From the NCBI GenBank assembly GCA_963643465.1, contig CAVIJT010000004.1, positions 94,705 through 158,704 on the forward strand: DNA of 64,000 nucleotides, given 5' to 3'. This document shows, piece after piece, positions 38,371 to 48,167 of this stretch. Positions within the stretch are counted from its first letter, which is position 1. The number at the start of each line of letters is the position of its first letter. The position numbers and the translations under genes were made by a program. The notes under the pieces are model-generated. The model had not been told where the DNA came from. It searched no databases and saw only the letters and a program-made list of their open reading frames with translations. Origin of the DNA: Lachnospiraceae bacterium. GTDB taxonomy: Bacteria > Bacillota > Clostridia > Lachnospirales > Lachnospiraceae.

Positions 38371-38937
38371 ATGCGAGTGATAGCAGGAACTGCCAGAAGG
38401 ACGCAATTAAAGACACCAGCTGGTATGGAGACAAGACCAACCACAGACCGTATCAAAGAAACTTTGTTTAATATGTTACAGCCATATTTGTGTGATTGCC
38501 GTTTTCTGGATTTATTTAGTGGAAGCGGTGGCATAGGAATTGAAGCGTTGAGTCGTGGTGCGGAACATGCAGTGTTTATGGAGACGGGAGATGAACCCGT
38601 TCGCTGCATTAAAGAGAATCTTCGCAATACCAGATTGGACTCCAAGGCAGAAGTGATGAAGATGGATGTAATTTCAGGAGTAAGACAACTTCATCAAAGA
38701 GGAGAGCAATTTGATATTATATTTATGGATCCTCCTTACAAATGTCAATGGGAGCAAAAGGTATTAGAAGAGATTAAGAGTTTAAATATTGCGCATGAAG
38801 ATACGATGATTATATTTGAAGCATCGTTAGATACGGATATATCTTATCTGTCAAATTTGGGTTATACCATACATAAGATAAAAAAGTATAAGACGAATAT
38901 GCATGTGCTTTTATTTTTACTGGATAGCCAGCAATAA
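38371..38937 (+). CDS. rsmD: 16S rRNA (guanine966-N2)-methyltransferase
   Basis: MRVIAGTARR start, DLFSGSGGIGIEALSRGA SAM motif, and DPPY. Confidence 0.9.
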   Translation: MRVIAGTARRTQLKTPAGMETRPTTDRIKETLFNMLQPYLCDCRFLDLFSGSGGIGIEALSRGAEHAVFMETGDEPVRCIKENLRNTRLDSKAEVMKMDVISGVRQLHQRGEQFDIIFMDPPYKCQWEQKVLEEIKSLNIAHEDTMIIFEASLDTDISYLSNLGYTIHKIKKYKTNMHVLLFLLDSQQ

Positions 38938-38972
38938 GCGATGAAATAAGATATTAATTGGAGGGACATCCA

Positions 38973-39461
38973 GTGAGAGTCGGAATTTATCCCGGAAGTT
39001 TTGATCCGGTTACATTAGGACATTTGGATATTATCAGACGTTCCGCTAAGATGGTGGACAAGCTGATTATTGGAGTGTTAAACAACAGCAAGAAGACACC
39101 AGTGTTTACCGCATTAGAGCGTAAGCAGATGATTGAGATGGTGACAAAAGATATTCCCAATGTGGAAGTAGAGGTTTTTGAAGGATTGTTGGTTGATTTT
39201 GCTAAGATTCGGAAAGCAGATATTATTTTTCGAGGATTGCGTGCGGTGTCTGATTTTGAATATGAACTTCAGATGGCACAGCTAAATCGTAATTTAAGTC
39301 CCCAAGTAGATACTGTGTTTTTGGCAACTAGCGTGGAATACGCATATTTGAGTTCCAGCTCAGTGAGGGAGATTGCTTCTTACAAAGGAAATATATCATC
39401 TATGGTTCCAGAGGAAGTATTAGAACAGATAGAAGAAAAATTTAAAGAAAGAAATAAATAA
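38973..39461 (+). CDS. coaD: Phosphopantetheine adenylyltransferase
   Basis: (M)[20 protein letters not shown] with the HxGH motif. GTG start 7 nt after GGAGGG. Confidence 0.9.
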   Translation: MRVGIYPGSFDPVTLGHLDIIRRSAKMVDKLIIGVLNNSKKTPVFTALERKQMIEMVTKDIPNVEVEVFEGLLVDFAKIRKADIIFRGLRAVSDFEYELQMAQLNRNLSPQVDTVFLATSVEYAYLSSSSVREIASYKGNISSMVPEEVLEQIEEKFKERNK

Positions 39462-39571
39462 TGCGGGGAGCAGGTACAATGAAAAATAAGATTTAGATAA
39501 TTGGGGAGACCGATTGGTTGTTTCGTATTTGTTGTACTGGTATTGACGGAAGAAAGAGGAGTGTTTAAGAA

Positions 39572-40237
39572 ATGGCAATGAGCAGAATAGAGGAGTTAAT
39601 CGAGGATATTTTTGAATTTGTAGAGGAGTGTAAGATGCAACCACTTTCCTCAACAAAAGTGATTGTTCCTAAAGATGAATTATATGATTTATTAGATGAA
39701 TTGCGTTTGCGTACACCAGATGAAATAAAGCGTTATCAGAAGATGATTGAGAATAAAGATGCTATTTTGGCAGATGCGGAAGATAAAGCAAATGCCATGT
39801 TATCCGAGGCGCAGGACAAAATGGACGCATTAGTGGACGAGCATGAGATTATGCAGCAGGCATACGCTCAGGCAGATGCGATTGTGCAGGAGGCAGCAGA
39901 GCATGCGCAGGCAATTTTAGATGCAGCAGAGCAGGATGCCCATGCTATTCGTACAGGTGCCATTGGATATACTTCTGATATGCTTGCAGGCCTTGAGAAT
40001 ATTATGGATCGTGCTTATGCAGATTGTAAGGGTAAATATGAAAGTCTTATGAGTAGTATGCAGGAACATATGGAAATTGTTCGAGCAAATCATAGAGAAC
40101 TTAGTGGAGCGCCAGAGCCTGAGGAGGTACAGGCAGAGGAGCCAAAAGCAGTTGAGGAAGAAGTAGCAGAGGAACCTCAAAAAGTAGTAAAACATCAGGG
40201 CATTATTGATGATTATGCACTATCTGAAGAATATTAA
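39572..40237 (+). CDS. Hypothetical alanine/glutamate-rich coiled-coil protein (V-ATPase subunit G/H-like repeats)
   Basis: 221 aa. Good AGAGGAG RBS. Repetitive AxAxxxEAQ helix. No enzymatic motif. Confidence 0.55.
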   Translation: MAMSRIEELIEDIFEFVEECKMQPLSSTKVIVPKDELYDLLDELRLRTPDEIKRYQKMIENKDAILADAEDKANAMLSEAQDKMDALVDEHEIMQQAYAQADAIVQEAAEHAQAILDAAEQDAHAIRTGAIGYTSDMLAGLENIMDRAYADCKGKYESLMSSMQEHMEIVRANHRELSGAPEPEEVQAEEPKAVEEEVAEEPQKVVKHQGIIDDYALSEEY

Positions 40238-41170
40238 GAGTGCATAAGTACCTAGTAAAACAACTGTTGTTTGAAATATTTTTGCAATTATATATAATTT
40301 CATGGATAATCCTGATTCTGCAATGACGCTTTGAGTTTGGAGAAGGCTAGATATGCCACCAGATGTTGCGCTTGCAAGAGACAGGATTATTTTGGTATGT
40401 AAGGTTAAGTCCGATTCACCAATTTGGCTGATAGCAGTAGTCATTTCAGTGGCTGCAAGGAGAAAATAGCGTGTGTGTTGTATTTGCTCTGGCAGTTGAG
40501 ATAAAAAGGAGGCAACGATGGATAAAAGTATAACGTATCCCCCGATTTTTGTGACTGTCAAAAAGCTATTAATAATGGAATGGTCCAGAATAGTGGCAGC
40601 GTGAGATTTGCTTTCTTTTTCCTTTGATGCTGGTGAGGGTGTTTCAGTATAAAAAGAGAATTTTTTTCCAGTAAAAAAAAATCTGGAAACAATACTGCAA
40701 ATCAGAGAGGAAAGCAGTATAATAAAGTAAAGTGGATATTGTAAGGTTTTACATTGCAGACATTGGGATGCCATATATACAATTAAAAACATAGGGCTTG
40801 CGTTGTTGACAAAGGAAAGAAGATATTGCCCTTCCTGCAAAGAAATTTGTCCTTGTTTTACTAAATCTGCACAAGTTTTGGCACCTACTGGAAATCCACT
40901 GATAACACCAATTAGAATAGGAAAACAACCGTTTTTGCTGACACCGAACAAAGGTCCAAATAGTGGATAAATCAACTCCGATAAATAAGGAAGTAACCCG
41001 GCTTCCAGAACGATGTTTGATAGGAGCAGAAAAGGAAGCAGAGAGGGAATGACTGTATTTATCCATAGAGTAATGCCTGATTTTGCACCTGAAAAGCAGA
41101 GAGAGGGGCAGAAAAAGAAAATAAGCATTACACCCAAAAAAAGAACAGAACAGTGTTTTTTTGTATTCAT
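40220..41170 (-). CDS. ylbJ: Sporulation integral membrane protein YlbJ-like (nucleoside-recognition/Gate domain)
   Basis: Polytopic. GITLWINTVIPSLLPFLLLSNIV N-terminus. It lies opposite rsmD-coaD, as in B. subtilis ylbH-ylbI-ylbJ. Confidence 0.7.
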   Translation of the reverse strand: MNTKKHCSVLFLGVMLIFFFCPSLCFSGAKSGITLWINTVIPSLLPFLLLSNIVLEAGLLPYLSELIYPLFGPLFGVSKNGCFPILIGVISGFPVGAKTCADLVKQGQISLQEGQYLLSFVNNASPMFLIVYMASQCLQCKTLQYPLYFIILLSSLICSIVSRFFFTGKKFSFYTETPSPASKEKESKSHAATILDHSIINSFLTVTKIGGYVILLSIVASFLSQLPEQIQHTRYFLLAATEMTTAISQIGESDLTLHTKIILSLASATSGGISSLLQTQSVIAESGLSMKLYIIAKIFQTTVVLLGTYALLIFFR

Positions 41171-41240
41171 AATACCGTCCGAATGTGTTGGTTGTTATAG
41201 TTTATGTGAAAAAATAGAAAATAATACAGGGGGGATTTGT

Positions 41241-41942
41241 ATGCAGAAGTTGTGGTTTCCAGATTTTCTACGAGAGGTTAGTATGTACTCCATTGTGCTT
41301 CGGGTTATATGTTGCATTGTATGCGGAGGTATAGTGGGAATAGAAAGGGAATGGCGGCACCGTACAGCAGGGTTTAAGACCCATATTTTAGTTTGTCTTG
41401 GTTCTTGCATTTGCATGATAACCGGTCAATATGTCTGCTCCTATTTTGGACTTACGTCCATAGATCCTACTCGTATTGGGGCACAGGTAGTGAGTGGGAT
41501 TGGATTTCTTGGAGTGGGAACCATTATTGTGACAAAAGACAATAAAGTAAAAGGATTAAGTACGGCAGCAGGACTTTGGGTGTCTGCTTGTATTGGTCTT
41601 GCTATAGGAATTGGATTTTATGAAATTGCACTGATTGCTACCATATGTGTCGTGGCGCTATTTTTAGTGGTAAAACATTTGAAGAAATTTGGTTTCATGA
41701 ATGAAGGAAGAAAAGTTTTATATTTAGAATTGGAAGATATTACTAATGTAAAAGAGTTGTCTTTATTACTTAAAAAGCATGAATGCAGTATTTTTCGGTT
41801 TGATGTACAACAATCAAATTTAGGACCATATAGTGCCTTTTTGGGAATTGATGGTTCCGAGAAAGACCTTGATCATATAGCTGAAATGATTGGTGAACAG
41901 CCATATGTGATTGGCTTTATTGATATGGAAAATATAGAATGA
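41241..41942 (+). CDS. MgtC/SapB-family membrane protein
   Basis: IVGIEREWRHRTAGFKTHILVCLGS signature. Start at ATG 41241. The longer ORF from 41013 overlaps ylbJ on the other strand. Confidence 0.8.
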   Translation: MQKLWFPDFLREVSMYSIVLRVICCIVCGGIVGIEREWRHRTAGFKTHILVCLGSCICMITGQYVCSYFGLTSIDPTRIGAQVVSGIGFLGVGTIIVTKDNKVKGLSTAAGLWVSACIGLAIGIGFYEIALIATICVVALFLVVKHLKKFGFMNEGRKVLYLELEDITNVKELSLLLKKHECSIFRFDVQQSNLGPYSAFLGIDGSEKDLDHIAEMIGEQPYVIGFIDMENIE

Positions 41943-41958
41943 GAAAGAAGGAAATGGC

Positions 41959-43146
41959 ATGGGGATGAATGATACTCCAAAGGGAGAACGGTTGCATATT
42001 GCTTTGTTTGGAAAGAGAAATGCAGGAAAATCCAGTCTCATTAATGGTATGACCGGGCAAAGCCTTTCTATTGTATCTGAAGTGAAGGGAACAACTACAG
42101 ATCCAGTAAGTAAAGCTATGGAGATTTTACCGATCGGTCCGGTCATGCTTATAGACACGCCGGGATTGGATGATGAAGGCGAATTAGGCGAACTGCGTAT
42201 CAAGAAAGCAAAAGAAGTGCTTCGTAAGACGGATATGGTGCTTTTAGTTGTGGATGCAACAGATTGTGAAGATTTGTCTTTGGAACGTCAGCTTGCAGAA
42301 GAGTTAGAACAAAGAAAAGTGCCTTATCTCTGGGTGTATAATAAATCAGATCTGATTTCCAAAAAGGATTGCAAAGAAAATGAAATATATGTCAGTGCTG
42401 TTCGGGGAGACGGTATTTTAGCGTTAAAAGAAAAACTTCCGCAATTGCTGCCAAAGGAAACCGAAAGACCGTTGGTACGTGATTTGATTGACGAGGGGGA
42501 TTTGGTAATATTAGTCATTCCTATTGACAAGGCAGCTCCCAAAGGAAGACTTATTCTTCCTCAACAGCAAACCATTCGGGATATTTTAGAAAAAGGCGGG
42601 ATTCCTGTAGTTGTACGAAATACAGAACTGCAACAGGTATTTGGAAAATTGAACCAGAAACCTAAGATGGTGATTACCGATTCTCAAGCCTTTGAGGAAG
42701 TGGCAAAAGTGACTCCGGAGGATATTCCGTTGACATCTTTTTCTATATTGATGGCAAGATATAAAGGAAATTTAGCTTTTCTTGCAAAAAATGCAGGAAA
42801 GATAGAAGAGTTGCAAGATGGAGATAAGATTCTTGTGTCAGAGGGTTGCACACATCATAGGCAATGTGGGGATATTGGAACGGTGAAGATTCCCCATTGG
42901 ATGCGGCAATATACAGGGAAAGAACTGATTTTTGAAACATCCAGTGGCGGTGAATTTCCGGAGGATTTGTCAAGTTATGCTATGGTGGTGCATTGTGGTG
43001 CCTGCATGTTGAATGCAAAAGAAATGAAATACCGAATGCAGGAAGCTAGGATACAGAATGTACCTATTGTCAATTATGGAATTCTTATTGCTTATATGAA
43101 AGGAATTGTAAAAAGAAGTTTGGCGTTGTTTCCGGATATGGATTGA
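41959..43146 (+). CDS. hydF: [FeFe]-hydrogenase H-cluster maturation GTPase
   Basis: G1 GKRNAGKSS, G3 DTPG, G4 NKSD. C-terminal cluster-binding CTHH ... HCGAC cysteines. Confidence 0.8.
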   Translation: MGMNDTPKGERLHIALFGKRNAGKSSLINGMTGQSLSIVSEVKGTTTDPVSKAMEILPIGPVMLIDTPGLDDEGELGELRIKKAKEVLRKTDMVLLVVDATDCEDLSLERQLAEELEQRKVPYLWVYNKSDLISKKDCKENEIYVSAVRGDGILALKEKLPQLLPKETERPLVRDLIDEGDLVILVIPIDKAAPKGRLILPQQQTIRDILEKGGIPVVVRNTELQQVFGKLNQKPKMVITDSQAFEEVAKVTPEDIPLTSFSILMARYKGNLAFLAKNAGKIEELQDGDKILVSEGCTHHRQCGDIGTVKIPHWMRQYTGKELIFETSSGGEFPEDLSSYAMVVHCGACMLNAKEMKYRMQEARIQNVPIVNYGILIAYMKGIVKRSLALFPDMD

Positions 43147-43196
43147 TGCCCAGTGAATGATATTTGCAATAAATAAGATGGAATAGAGGAGACTTT

Positions 43197-43706
43197 ATGT
43201 TTAGTATGTTTTTTCCTGATGAGATTCAGGCTTCTACTTATGATATAAACTTTGAAACTTTATATGAACAGGGAATACGTGGTGTACTATTTGATATAGA
43301 CAATACGTTGGTAGAACATGGGGCAGATGCAACGGAACGAGCAGTTGCATTGTTTCAGAGACTAGATAAGATTGGAATAAAGAGTTGTCTCATTTCTAAT
43401 AATAAAGAAGAACGAGTGCTGCGTTTTAATAAAGAAATTGGAACAAAGTATATTTATGATGCACACAAGCCTTCTGGAAAAAATTATCGAAAAGCTATGG
43501 AACTTATGGGAACGGATTTGTCGAATACTATTTTTGTGGGAGACCAGTTGTTTACAGATGTCTATGGAGCCAAAAGAATCGGTATGCGAAATATTTTAGT
43601 GCGTCCTATTGATCCCAAGGAAGAGATACAGATTGTATTAAAGCGTTATTTGGAAAAGATTGTGTTGCATTTTTACGAAAAGGAGAAAAAACGGCATGAA
43701 CAATAA
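43197..43706 (+). CDS. yqeG: YqeG-family HAD-IIIA phosphatase
   Basis: VLFDIDNTLV (DxDxT) and VGDQLFTDV motifs. 169 aa. Confidence 0.85.
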   Translation: MFSMFFPDEIQASTYDINFETLYEQGIRGVLFDIDNTLVEHGADATERAVALFQRLDKIGIKSCLISNNKEERVLRFNKEIGTKYIYDAHKPSGKNYRKAMELMGTDLSNTIFVGDQLFTDVYGAKRIGMRNILVRPIDPKEEIQIVLKRYLEKIVLHFYEKEKKRHEQ

Positions 43707-44256
43707 TATTGTATTGATTGGATTTATGGGATGTGGGAAAACTACTGTGGGACAAGCTCTGGCAGAACAATTGTCCTATGCCTTTCTGGATACGGATTTG
43801 TATATTGAAGAAAAAGAAGGAATGGCAATTTGTGAGATTTTTAAGGAAAAGGGCGAAGGTTATTTTCGGAATTTAGAAACGAGTAGCCTTGAGGAATTGG
43901 TGGAACAAACAAAGGAAACCATTGTATCAAGTGGTGGTGGTTTGCCTTTAAGACCGGAAAATGCAAAATTATTACAAAAACTCGGATTTGTCATCTATTT
44001 AAAAGTGGAAAAAGAAACTGTGCTTGAACGTTTGCAGGGAGATACCACAAGACCATTGTTACAGTGTGAGGATCCGGCAAAAAAGGTTGAAGAATTGTTA
44101 GAATATCGCAATCCTATTTATGAAGTAGGAGCGCATTTGGTAGTATCTGTAGATAAAAAAAGCGTAGAAGAGATTGCAGAGGAAATTGTGCGTAATTATC
44201 ATATTATGATGGGAAAGAAGGACGAAACATGTATACAGAGCCATATGAACGAGTAG
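43696..44256 (+). CDS. aroK: Shikimate kinase
   Basis: MNNNIVLIGFMGCGKTTVG P-loop, SGGGLPLR motif. It overlaps the yqeG stop codon. Confidence 0.9.
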   Translation: MNNNIVLIGFMGCGKTTVGQALAEQLSYAFLDTDLYIEEKEGMAICEIFKEKGEGYFRNLETSSLEELVEQTKETIVSSGGGLPLRPENAKLLQKLGFVIYLKVEKETVLERLQGDTTRPLLQCEDPAKKVEELLEYRNPIYEVGAHLVVSVDKKSVEEIAEEIVRNYHIMMGKKDETCIQSHMNE

Positions 44257-45299
44257 TTGGAATTTTAGAAGAAAAGCAAGTGGATGCGATTATTGTTTCT
44301 AATGGATATAATATGCGGTATATCAGTGGCTTTTCGGGGGCAACAGGATATTTATATCTTTCAAGAAATAAAAAAGTGGTTCTTACGGATTCTAGATATA
44401 CCATTCAGGCAAAAGAGGAAGCAAAAGGGTTTCAGGTATATGAGATTCAGAAAAAATATACGGATTTATTAAGAGAGATTATGAAGGAAGATGGTGCCAC
44501 GAAGATTGCCATTGAGGGCAAAGATTTTTTGTGCTATGACTTAGAAGTTTGGAAAAAAGAGTTGGATTTTGTTACTTGGACCATGCTTGGAGAAGAGTTG
44601 TCGATGCTTCGTGCCATAAAGCGTCCAGAGGAACTTATGAAAATAAAGAAGGCAGAAGAAATTGGTGATATTGCCTTTTCTAAGATTTTGGATATTATAA
44701 AACCAGGAATCACAGAATTAGAAGTGGCTGCATATTTAGAATTTTATATGAAACAAAACGGAGCGGAGGGGCTTAGTTTTGATACGATTGTGGCTTCTGG
44801 TGTGAATTCATCAAAACCACATGCTGTTCCAGGCAGGAAAAAAATTGAAAAAGGTGATTTTGTCACTATGGATTTTGGGTGCATCTATGAGGGATATTGT
44901 TCGGATATGACAAGAACTATCGTAGTGGGAAAAGCTACGGAGGAGCAGAAAAAAGTGTACCAGACAGTATTGGATGCACAAATGGCTGCATTATCCTATA
45001 TAAAAGCGGGATATAAAGGTTCTGCCATTGATAAAGTGGCAAGAGATGTGATTGAAAAAGCTGGATATGGTGCATGTTTTGGACATGGGCTTGGTCATAG
45101 TGTAGGGTTGTTTATTCATGAAAATCCAAGATTATCTCCTTCGGAAGAACGTATCATTTTGGCAAACGTGACAGAAACTGTAGAACCGGGAATTTATATT
45201 GAAAATTTTGGTGGTGTGCGCATTGAAGATTTGGTTGTTGTAACGGAAAATGGATGCGAAAATTATACCAATTCACCGAAAGAGTTAATTGAATTATAA
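44229..45299 (+). CDS. pepP: Xaa-Pro aminopeptidase/dipeptidase (M24B)
   Basis: Metal ligands lie in the DFGCIYEGYCSDMTRT, HGLGHSVGL and EPGIY ... IED motifs. Confidence 0.9.
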   Translation: MYTEPYERVVGILEEKQVDAIIVSNGYNMRYISGFSGATGYLYLSRNKKVVLTDSRYTIQAKEEAKGFQVYEIQKKYTDLLREIMKEDGATKIAIEGKDFLCYDLEVWKKELDFVTWTMLGEELSMLRAIKRPEELMKIKKAEEIGDIAFSKILDIIKPGITELEVAAYLEFYMKQNGAEGLSFDTIVASGVNSSKPHAVPGRKKIEKGDFVTMDFGCIYEGYCSDMTRTIVVGKATEEQKKVYQTVLDAQMAALSYIKAGYKGSAIDKVARDVIEKAGYGACFGHGLGHSVGLFIHENPRLSPSEERIILANVTETVEPGIYIENFGGVRIEDLVVVTENGCENYTNSPKELIEL

Positions 45300-45478
45300 A
45301 AATGGGGAACTGCTCAGAAAACGAAAAAAATAGTTGAAAAATGATACAATCTATTATAAACTATTTAAAGCAGTGTGTTTCGAAAAAGATACATACGTTT
45401 TATGCTTTCGTGAAGAAAACAGTTCTTTACTTTGAAGCAAAATAAAGACAAAGATAATAATTAAGGAGGATTTATAAT

Positions 45479-46036
45479 ATGATTTCAGCAGGTGATTTTA
45501 GAAATGGTATGACAATCGAGTATGATTCAAATATCTATCAGATTATCGAATTCCAGCATGTAAAACCAGGAAAGGGTGCTGCGTTTGTTCGTACTAAATT
45601 AAAGAACATTAAGAACGGTGGAGTAGTAGAAAAGACATTCCGTCCAACAGAGAAATGTCCTCAGGCTCATATCGAGAAGAGAGACATGCAGTATTTATAT
45701 GCAGATGGTGATTCTTATAACTTCATGGACGTTGAGACTTACGATCAGTTCGCATTAACAGCAGACCAGATTGGTGACTCACTTAAGTTCGTAAAAGAGA
45801 ACGAGATGGTTAAGATGCTTTCTCACAATGGTGATATTTTCGCAATCGAGCCACCTATGTTCGTTGAATTACAGATTACAGAGACAGAGCCTGGATTTAA
45901 GGGTGATACAGCAACAGGTGCAAACAAGCCTGCTACTGTTGAGACAGGAGCTACAGTAAACGTTCCTTTATTTGTTGAGACAGGTGATGTAATCAGTATT
46001 GATACACGTACTGGAGAATATTTAAAGAGAATCTAG
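45479..46036 (+). CDS. efp: Translation elongation factor P
   Basis: [43 protein letters not shown]. 185 aa. AAGGAGGA RBS. Confidence 0.97.
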   Translation: MISAGDFRNGMTIEYDSNIYQIIEFQHVKPGKGAAFVRTKLKNIKNGGVVEKTFRPTEKCPQAHIEKRDMQYLYADGDSYNFMDVETYDQFALTADQIGDSLKFVKENEMVKMLSHNGDIFAIEPPMFVELQITETEPGFKGDTATGANKPATVETGATVNVPLFVETGDVISIDTRTGEYLKRI

Positions 46037-46055
46037 AAAACAGATTCTATAAAAG

Positions 46056-46087
46056 AAGTCCCTCACTTTTTAGTGGGGGACTTTTTG
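46056..46087 (+). terminator. Rho-independent terminator after efp
   Basis: aagtccctcact pairs with agtgggggactt (12 bp, one G-U), followed by TTTTT. Confidence 0.85.
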
Positions 46088-46088
46088 G

Positions 46089-46142
46089 TGCAAAAGCCCA
46101 GCAAGCGCAATCATGCTTGCATGAAATTGTATTTGCTGGGCG
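46089..46142. repeat. GC-rich intergenic palindromic element, copy C (it also serves as the minus-strand terminator of aroE)
   Basis: gcaaaagccc lies directly after the efp T-tract. 9-bp outer stem gcccagcaa (46096-46104) / ttgctgggc (46133-46141). A competing inner stem is gcaagc (46101-46106) / gcttgc (46115-46120). On the minus strand the outer stem is followed by TTTTG. Confidence 0.6.
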
Positions 46143-46151
46143 TAAGAATCA

Positions 46152-47021
46152 TTATCGGTCAAAATATTTCTTTTTAATAATTTCTACTGGCATTTCTTTT
46201 CCGGTCCATATTTTAAATGCCTCTGCACCTTGATACAATAACATATATAAACCGTTAAATGTACGGCAACCAGCGGCTTTTGCCTGTTTCATAAGCAGGG
46301 TTTCCTCTGGATTATAAATCACATCGGATACAATCAAATCCTCGTGGAACATGGATGTGTCTGTTAGAATAGTAGCATCGGTATTTGGTGCCATGCCTAC
46401 AGAGGTTCCGTTTGTTAAAATGTGACTTTCTTGTAAACAGTTTCGAAGCATAGTTTCGTCTGCTAAATCATAGAGAGTAACGTTACAGTTGGTTTCTCGG
46501 TTTAGTTTGTCGATAAACGGAATCGCTTTATCAAAAGAAGCGCTTTTTCGGTTAAATACATGGATATTCTTTACGCCATCTAACGCCGCCTGAGCAAGAA
46601 TCGCAGTGGCAGCACCTCCTACACCAAACAGAGTCATGGTCTTTCCTATAATATCAAAACCAGCAGCTTTTACGGACTGCATATATCCAATGCCGTCTGT
46701 GTTATGACCGGTGAGAACACCGTTATCATTGACTACAGTATTTACTGCACCAATCAATTTGGCGGCATCCGACATATGATCCACATATTCACAGACAAGC
46801 GTTTTATGTGGCATCGTACAGTTGAAGCCGCGACAATTCATAGTTTTTAGTCCTTCTACAGCTATTTTTAAATGGTCTAAATCTACATCAAATGCCAAAT
46901 AGGCATAGTCTAATCCTAATAGGCGAAAGGATTCGTTGTGCATCATAGGGGAAATGCTGTGGGCCACAGGACTTCCAAGTAATGCGGTCAGGACAGTATG
47001 TCCGGTTATTTCTTCTCTCAT
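46152..47021 (-). CDS. aroE: Shikimate (or quinate/shikimate) dehydrogenase
   Basis: LGSPVAHSISPMMHN, NCTMPHK, NTDGIG and GVGGAATA motifs. ATG 47021 is preceded by GGGAGG. Confidence 0.9.
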   Translation of the reverse strand: MREEITGHTVLTALLGSPVAHSISPMMHNESFRLLGLDYAYLAFDVDLDHLKIAVEGLKTMNCRGFNCTMPHKTLVCEYVDHMSDAAKLIGAVNTVVNDNGVLTGHNTDGIGYMQSVKAAGFDIIGKTMTLFGVGGAATAILAQAALDGVKNIHVFNRKSASFDKAIPFIDKLNRETNCNVTLYDLADETMLRNCLQESHILTNGTSVGMAPNTDATILTDTSMFHEDLIVSDVIYNPEETLLMKQAKAAGCRTFNGLYMLLYQGAEAFKIWTGKEMPVEIIKKKYFDR

Positions 47022-47225
47022 ATGAAAAACCTCCCTAAAAAACATATTACAATTATGATAGTATAACAAAAAAAGAATTGCAAGTAACTTGTTTTGTCCC
47101 AACATTTTGTCATAAACAAAGCAAAAAGAAAATATATTAGTTACAGTTCACTTCCCAGAAAGACTGGCGAGAAAACTGTAATAATAAGTAGTTTAATTTT
47201 TAATGAAGCGAAAGGAGGAGAAGGT

Positions 47226-48161
47226 ATGGAAGGAGAAAGTACAGCAATCCAAATTTTGGCGGTTCCTATAAAAACATTGATAAGGCAAAGTAAACTACAA
47301 GTAGAAAAGTTAGAGGAAATTCGTTTGCGAATTGGACAACCTGTTTGGGTTTTGTATGAACGGACTCCATTTTATTTAGGAAATGATGGAGCCTTGCGAA
47401 AAGAAAAGAAAGAAGCATATGTTGTGACAGAAAAGGATATAAGAGAGACACTAGAGTATGCCAGTGGATTTTCTATGTATGCCTATGAGCATGAAAGAAG
47501 GCAAGGATATCTCACCATTCAGGGGGGACATCGCATTGGTATGGCAGGAAAGATTGTAATGGAACAGGGAAACGTAAAAACGATTTCAGATATAGCAATG
47601 CTTAATATTCGGCTTGCTCATGAATGTATTGGATGTGCAAAAAAAATTTTGCCATATATAAAAGAGCCGGAAGGTGTGGTAAGTACATTGATTCTTTCGC
47701 CGCCAGGAGGAGGAAAAACCACGCTGCTTCGGGATTTGATACGGGAATTAGCTTCTGAACAGGAAGGTTATACGGTAGGAGTGGTAGATGAACGTTCAGA
47801 ACTTGCAGCCTGTTATAAAGGAGTTCCGCAAAATAATCTTGGCGTTACGGTGGACGTGCTGGATGGTTGTTCTAAAGCAGAAGGAATGCGTATGTTACTT
47901 CGTTCCATGGCACCGGATATTATTGCGGTGGATGAAATTGGAAGTATGGAAGATGTGGAAGCAATTCGACAGGTGACAAACAATGGCTGTCGTTTGCTTG
48001 CTACTATTCATGGAAGTAGCATGGAAGATATGAGAAAAAGACATTCTGTAAAACTGCTTATGGAAGATAATATTTTTCAACGTTTTGTTGTGCTTGACGA
48101 TCGATACCATGTGGGAAGTATAAAAGGAATTTATAAAGAATATGGAAAGGATCGGGTGTAA
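47226..48161 (+). CDS. spoIIIAA: Stage III sporulation protein AA (ATPase)
   Basis: Walker A SPPGGGKTTLLRD, Walker B IIAVDEIG. It is the first gene of an 8-gene spoIIIA-like operon. AAAGGAGGAG RBS. Confidence 0.9.
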   Translation: MEGESTAIQILAVPIKTLIRQSKLQVEKLEEIRLRIGQPVWVLYERTPFYLGNDGALRKEKKEAYVVTEKDIRETLEYASGFSMYAYEHERRQGYLTIQGGHRIGMAGKIVMEQGNVKTISDIAMLNIRLAHECIGCAKKILPYIKEPEGVVSTLILSPPGGGKTTLLRDLIRELASEQEGYTVGVVDERSELAACYKGVPQNNLGVTVDVLDGCSKAEGMRMLLRSMAPDIIAVDEIGSMEDVEAIRQVTNNGCRLLATIHGSSMEDMRKRHSVKLLMEDNIFQRFVVLDDRYHVGSIKGIYKEYGKDRV

Positions 48162-48167
48162 TGAAAA

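Noticed and set aside
41013-41240. Long N-terminal extension of the MgtC ORF
   Set aside because: It overlaps the 5' part of ylbJ on the opposite strand. The MgtC signature begins after ATG 41241, which has its own G-rich RBS.
41959-43146. hydF without hydE, hydG or a hydrogenase structural gene nearby
   Set aside because: Hyd maturase genes are commonly scattered in Clostridia, so this alone is not informative.
47101-47140. Possible sigma-E-type promoter (gTCATAaa, 14 nt, aATAtAtT) upstream of spoIIIAA
   Set aside because: It matches only part of the consensus as I remember it. It is too weak to annotate without transcription-start data.
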